Shown here in pieces: positions 61,701 to 64,000 of a stretch of DNA of 64,000 nt (the first letter of the stretch is position 1; each line of letters starts with the position of its first letter). The position numbers and the translations under genes are program-made. The DNA lies in the IMG/VR virus record IMGVR_UViG_3300014969_000016, positions 32,001-96,000 of that record; one strand, 5' to 3'. The notes beneath the pieces are model-generated. The model did no database searches. It was not told the DNA's origin and worked only from the letters and a program-made list of their open reading frames with translations. The DNA comes from a virus (Duplodnaviria; Caudoviricetes).

Positions 61701-64000
61701 AGCGTCGGTGTAACAACAGTCTGTCCCGGCAGAGCGTCGGACCCCTTGAAGTCGAACGTCGGGATGCTATTGGTCGCTGACCAGACCCGATAGAGGTAGC
61801 CCGTGTAGTAGAACGTTGCTTGTCCACCAAGGCTTTGGGCTACCGCGATCTCGGACAGCAACTTCCCAGCCCACACGGCACTGCCGAGCGTGGTCCAGGT
61901 GGCGTTGACATCATCAAGCAGATCGAACCCAGCAGTACGCCAGTAGTGGGTGATGGTGTCGGTGGTTGGATCCCACGCAGCCCGGAGTTGGATCCGAGCA
62001 GGGGTGGTCGCGTTGTAGGCAGGCCACCCCGGAGTAGTGGTCACCGCTGTGAACACCGGAGGCAACAGAGCATCTGAGACGATGAGGTTGGCGGTGTTGA
62101 TCGTGACGCGATCAGGGTCGCCGTAAGCAGCGTTGGGGAAGGTGAGAGTGAACGCTGTCGTGTGGGCGGGACCACCGGCCACCGTGATGGTGTTACCAGG
62201 AAGCGCTGTGTTGAGTGCGGTCTTGATGGTGGCAGCGGTGGCGTTCCAAGCGATGTCTCCCGTTGTCACACCAAGGAGCGTGAGGGTGAAGGTGCCAGCG
62301 GAGAACGTGCCACTGGGGGTGACGGTCTGCACCTCGTTCGGATAGGCGGTCGTTACCGAGGCATAGGTGGCGTCGGTGAGACGGACGTACGAGATGAGCG
62401 AGGTAGGGGTGAGGGTGAAGATCAGCGCGCCGTTGACCGGCCTCTGGTTGGTGCCGACACCGATGTTGGGCCGTGTGCAGTCGCAGCGGAACTCAACCGA
62501 CGCATCGGTCGGCGGGTCGAAAGTCCAGCCGGTGATCGTGTTGGGGGTGGCGGCGTTGAACGGGATGTACCTGTTCTTGGCCGACAGGTACGACGCTGGA
62601 TCGTAGGTGCCGACGTAGAGGAGGTCACCGAGCAGCGCCTCCATCTCCTCCTGGTTGGCGAAGTAGGTGGCGTGCTTGTCGTCCAGCATGTCGGCGTTGA
62701 GGCCGCTGCTGTCGGCGGTGTGACCGTCGTTGTTCTCATGCCAGACGCGGTATGTCCTGTACTTCAGGTTGGTGGAGTCGAGTGACAGCAGTGACGTGCC
62801 TCCCCCCGCAGTGCCAGAGGTGTCGCTGTGTGTCCCGCCCTGATACCAGTAGAAGGCGGTGGGCGCACGGAAGTACACCGTGTCCTGGCCCGAGCCGCCC
62901 ACTCCCTGGACACCGAGGCCGAGGGTGGTGCTGGCGAGCAGGATGTGCTGGCCGGAACGGGAGCCGAAGGCAAGCTGGACGCCGTTGCCGGTGATGTTCA
63001 GGTTGCCGCTGACCGTGCCGCCCGTCAGTTGCAGGTACCCGGCGACAAGGGCCGCTGGTGTGACGGCCACGGTGGCGATGGGTGAGAGGGCAACAGCCTC
63101 GGCCACAGTGGACAGGCGGGTGGCCCCGACGACGGCAGTCGTGGAGACAGGGATCCCGATGCTGAACGATGCGGCGAGGGTGCCGCCACCCGTGAGCGGG
63201 CTGCTGACAGTGATGGCGACGGCCTTGTCGGCCTTGTTGTTGGTCAGGGTGCTGAGGTCGGTGACGAGGTTGGTGACATCGGACTGGACGATGTTGGCGA
63301 AGGCTCCGGTGACGGCGGCTCCCTGCGACTTCAGGAACTGACCAAGCGTGCCGGGACCAATCGTCGTCTGCGGATCGGTAGGAAGCGCACCAGCGGCGAT
63401 GAGTCCGTTGGCGATGCTGTTGGTGCTACGCCCGGTACCACCATCAACTACTGATACATCGGTACCACCCTGGAGATAGAAGTCGGAGTCGGAGAGAGCA
63501 ACCTGGAACTGGCTCGCCGTCCCGGTGATGGTGTTGTTCCCCAGGTTGATCGTCTTGCCGGTCAACGTCTCTGACCCAGCGATGGTGGCGAAGTCGTTGT
63601 CACTGAGAGCAGCGTTGAACAGAGCGGTGGTGCCCGTCACCGTGTTCCCCACCAGGTTGATCGATTTGTTGGTCAGCGTCTCGGTGCCAGCCAGAGTGGC
63701 GAAGTCGTTGTCGGTGAGTGCCGTGTTGAACTGGGCGGTGGTGCCACGAACGGTGTTACCACCCATGTCGATGGTCTTGCTGGTCAGCGTCTGGACGCCG
63801 GTCAACGTGACGAGCGCAGTCGTGTCAGGAATGCCGTGGATGGCGGTGGTGTCTGCTTCATGGGAAGCCAGAGCCGCCGTCGTGGCGATGTCGGCGTCGG
63901 TGATCGCAGCGTTGAACTGGGCGATGGTGCCGGTGAGTCCGGGGTTGGAGCCGAGCGCAATCGTCTTGTTGGTCAGGGTCTGCGTGCCCGTCGTCGTGAC
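58784..64000 (-). CDS. Very large tail fibre/host-recognition protein (5' end outside the window)
   Basis: Frame stays open from 63805 to 64000. Repeats GTETLTNKTI..NT.TGT.AQFN.AL.D.DF and DPHPQYL, LNADMLD motif, about 3 FN3 domains (59.6-60.4 kb). Confidence 0.85.
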   Translation of the reverse strand, partial: VTTTGTQTLTNKTIALGSNPGLTGTIAQFNAAITDADIATTAALASHEADTTAIHGIPDTTALVTLTGVQTLTSKTIDMGGNTVRGTTAQFNTALTDNDFATLAGTETLTNKSINLVGNTVTGTTALFNAALSDNDFATIAGSETLTGKTINLGNNTITGTASQFQVALSDSDFYLQGGTDVSVVDGGTGRSTNSIANGLIAAGALPTDPQTTIGPGTLGQFLKSQGAAVTGAFANIVQSDVTNLVTDLSTLTNNKADKAVAITVSSPLTGGGTLAASFSIGIPVSTTAVVGATRLSTVAEAVALSPIATVAVTPAALVAGYLQLTGGTVSGNLNITGNGVQLAFGSRSGQHILLASTTLGLGVQGVGGSGQDTVYFRAPTAFYWYQGGTHSDTSGTAGGGTSLLSLDSTNLKYRTYRVWHENNDGHTADSSGLNADMLDDKHATYFANQEEMEALLGDLLYVGTYDPASYLSAKNRYIPFNAATPNTITGWTFDPPTDASVEFRCDCTRPNIGVGTNQRPVNGALIFTLTPTSLISYVRLTDATYASVTTAYPNEVQTVTPSGTFSAGTFTLTLLGVTTGDIAWNATAATIKTALNTALPGNTITVAGGPAHTTAFTLTFPNAAYGDPDRVTINTANLIVSDALLPPVFTAVTTTPGWPAYNATTPARIQLRAAWDPTTDTITHYWRTAGFDLLDDVNATWTTLGSAVWAGKLLSEIAVAQSLGGQATFYYTGYLYRVWSATNSIPTFDFKGSDALPGQTVVTPTLASPGNLTLVGGGMARTQLYPDPEWSGGSTVYRHGMYWVCNSTGTVDFIADDASGRYPSGNPLVADEQITLNNGDWVVAAIPGYAVNNKALTANVATLTLTMPLITPPVSAHTLLPGAMIDVEGVDATFDGTYTITAVTALTVSYAKVNADIASTAVTSTKATVKGQTLGQVLFQYVPFSTETYVKNQILAHTSAADPHPQYLTQPEGDIFYAPVVHNHQAEIRQQVINHQIQDPWAVSGWSWNPNGVVTLTVSPNHSILPNSYINLKNVDPALNQKWKVLDTEAAPNLITITYGTTAPPGYTVPVTLPGAGGQVYNDPHSQYLDQAEADALYLTEERADTLYADIVHNHDDKYEPIGLVALHVAEADPHPQYLTPTEGDIAYAIRGHTHPEILELHPTDGANSADIWVGENQPTFANGLAVGDLWIQTAPLGLQAPTVKTLTISNAATGFAVDLSWQQWATSESISTISLERGTDGTTFPTVLTTTAALNVYTDTARTANTIYYYRLRANNAAGSGGYSPTVSIVTKPASVTGVTATSSGPTNSAVSWTAAAGGTGYTYEVYVNSVLVTTQAGVTYTATGITENETTTFGIRSKGSTGLFGTTVSDTITSDNAAPVQPTSITMSSVDYDSAVATWPASASPDRRDYEVFLGSTSKGFTTALSYTFTGLAASTNYTFGVRTRDTGLLYSPQRTTTATTAAPPDTTPPPVPVIASFQPEGSYGRMVVRYTTGGDTVAIRVDRSTDNANWTIVQNWTGAGPGSYALDIGTFSAGQTVYCRVYVYDPAVNVSYTNASPYTLITSPTYVTAHSTNHYRANGTWNAMGTSRPIQGYYSNSAYNATGCWFYNNKPTTALYYGGRRTILSGKVWMKRMDGGDGVDRDITMYLHRHTVTTADGSAPQLSGGSNIDANLAWNGAAKSIDMPAGWANYVVDGSTWKGVAIFKPTSDATTNYMTLANLSEDANTGRLEIHHLG

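Noticed and set aside
59006-61780. 924-aa plus-strand ORF
   Set aside because: Antisense shadow of the tail fibre gene; R/G/V-rich composition typical of high-GC reverse frames
46760-64000. Diversity-generating retroelement acting on tail/LamG genes
   Set aside because: No reverse transcriptase and no near-identical TR/VR pair differing at adenines was seen

Overview
The whole window is a fragment of a high-GC tailed-phage genome, probably infecting an actinobacterium. That host call is inferred from GC content, leaderless promoters, a TTGTCCACA-type DnaA box, a Ku homologue and an M15-type endolysin. The layout has five parts. (i) 1-13.8 kb, minus strand: head module with terminase large subunit, a run of small low-complexity proteins, portal, scaffold, N4-gp56-type major capsid and virion proteins. 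(ii) 13.9-24.7 kb: small middle genes, a KTSC protein, a Thr-rich secreted protein and one tRNA-Gly(GCC). (iii) Two non-coding blocks (24.72-25.75 kb and 31.56-32.2 kb) rich in palindromes and repeats. (iv) 25.75-42.7 kb: early region with an SNF2-like helicase, a DUF6011-like protein, Ku and a MoxR AAA+/VWA pair, where many genes carry their own copy of a conserved, often hairpin-forming promoter cassette. (v) 42.7-64 kb, minus strand: tail-fibre/LamG proteins, lysis cassette, a glycosyltransferase-LamG giant with nested domains and a degenerate TGT/DpdA-like gene. No polymerase, primase, integrase or CRISPR array is seen. Two candidate undescribed systems stand out. (a) About 18 promoter cassettes whose inverted repeats are built differently in each copy. 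(b) A family of otherwise unrelated late proteins (ART-like, ParB-like, glycosylase-like, disordered) that share short peptide tags (MAATDHL..LF, QxxLF, NLxxxQF, NPxRxV), suggesting a tag-directed capsid-cargo system. All family assignments come from motif recognition by eye; no database search was run.
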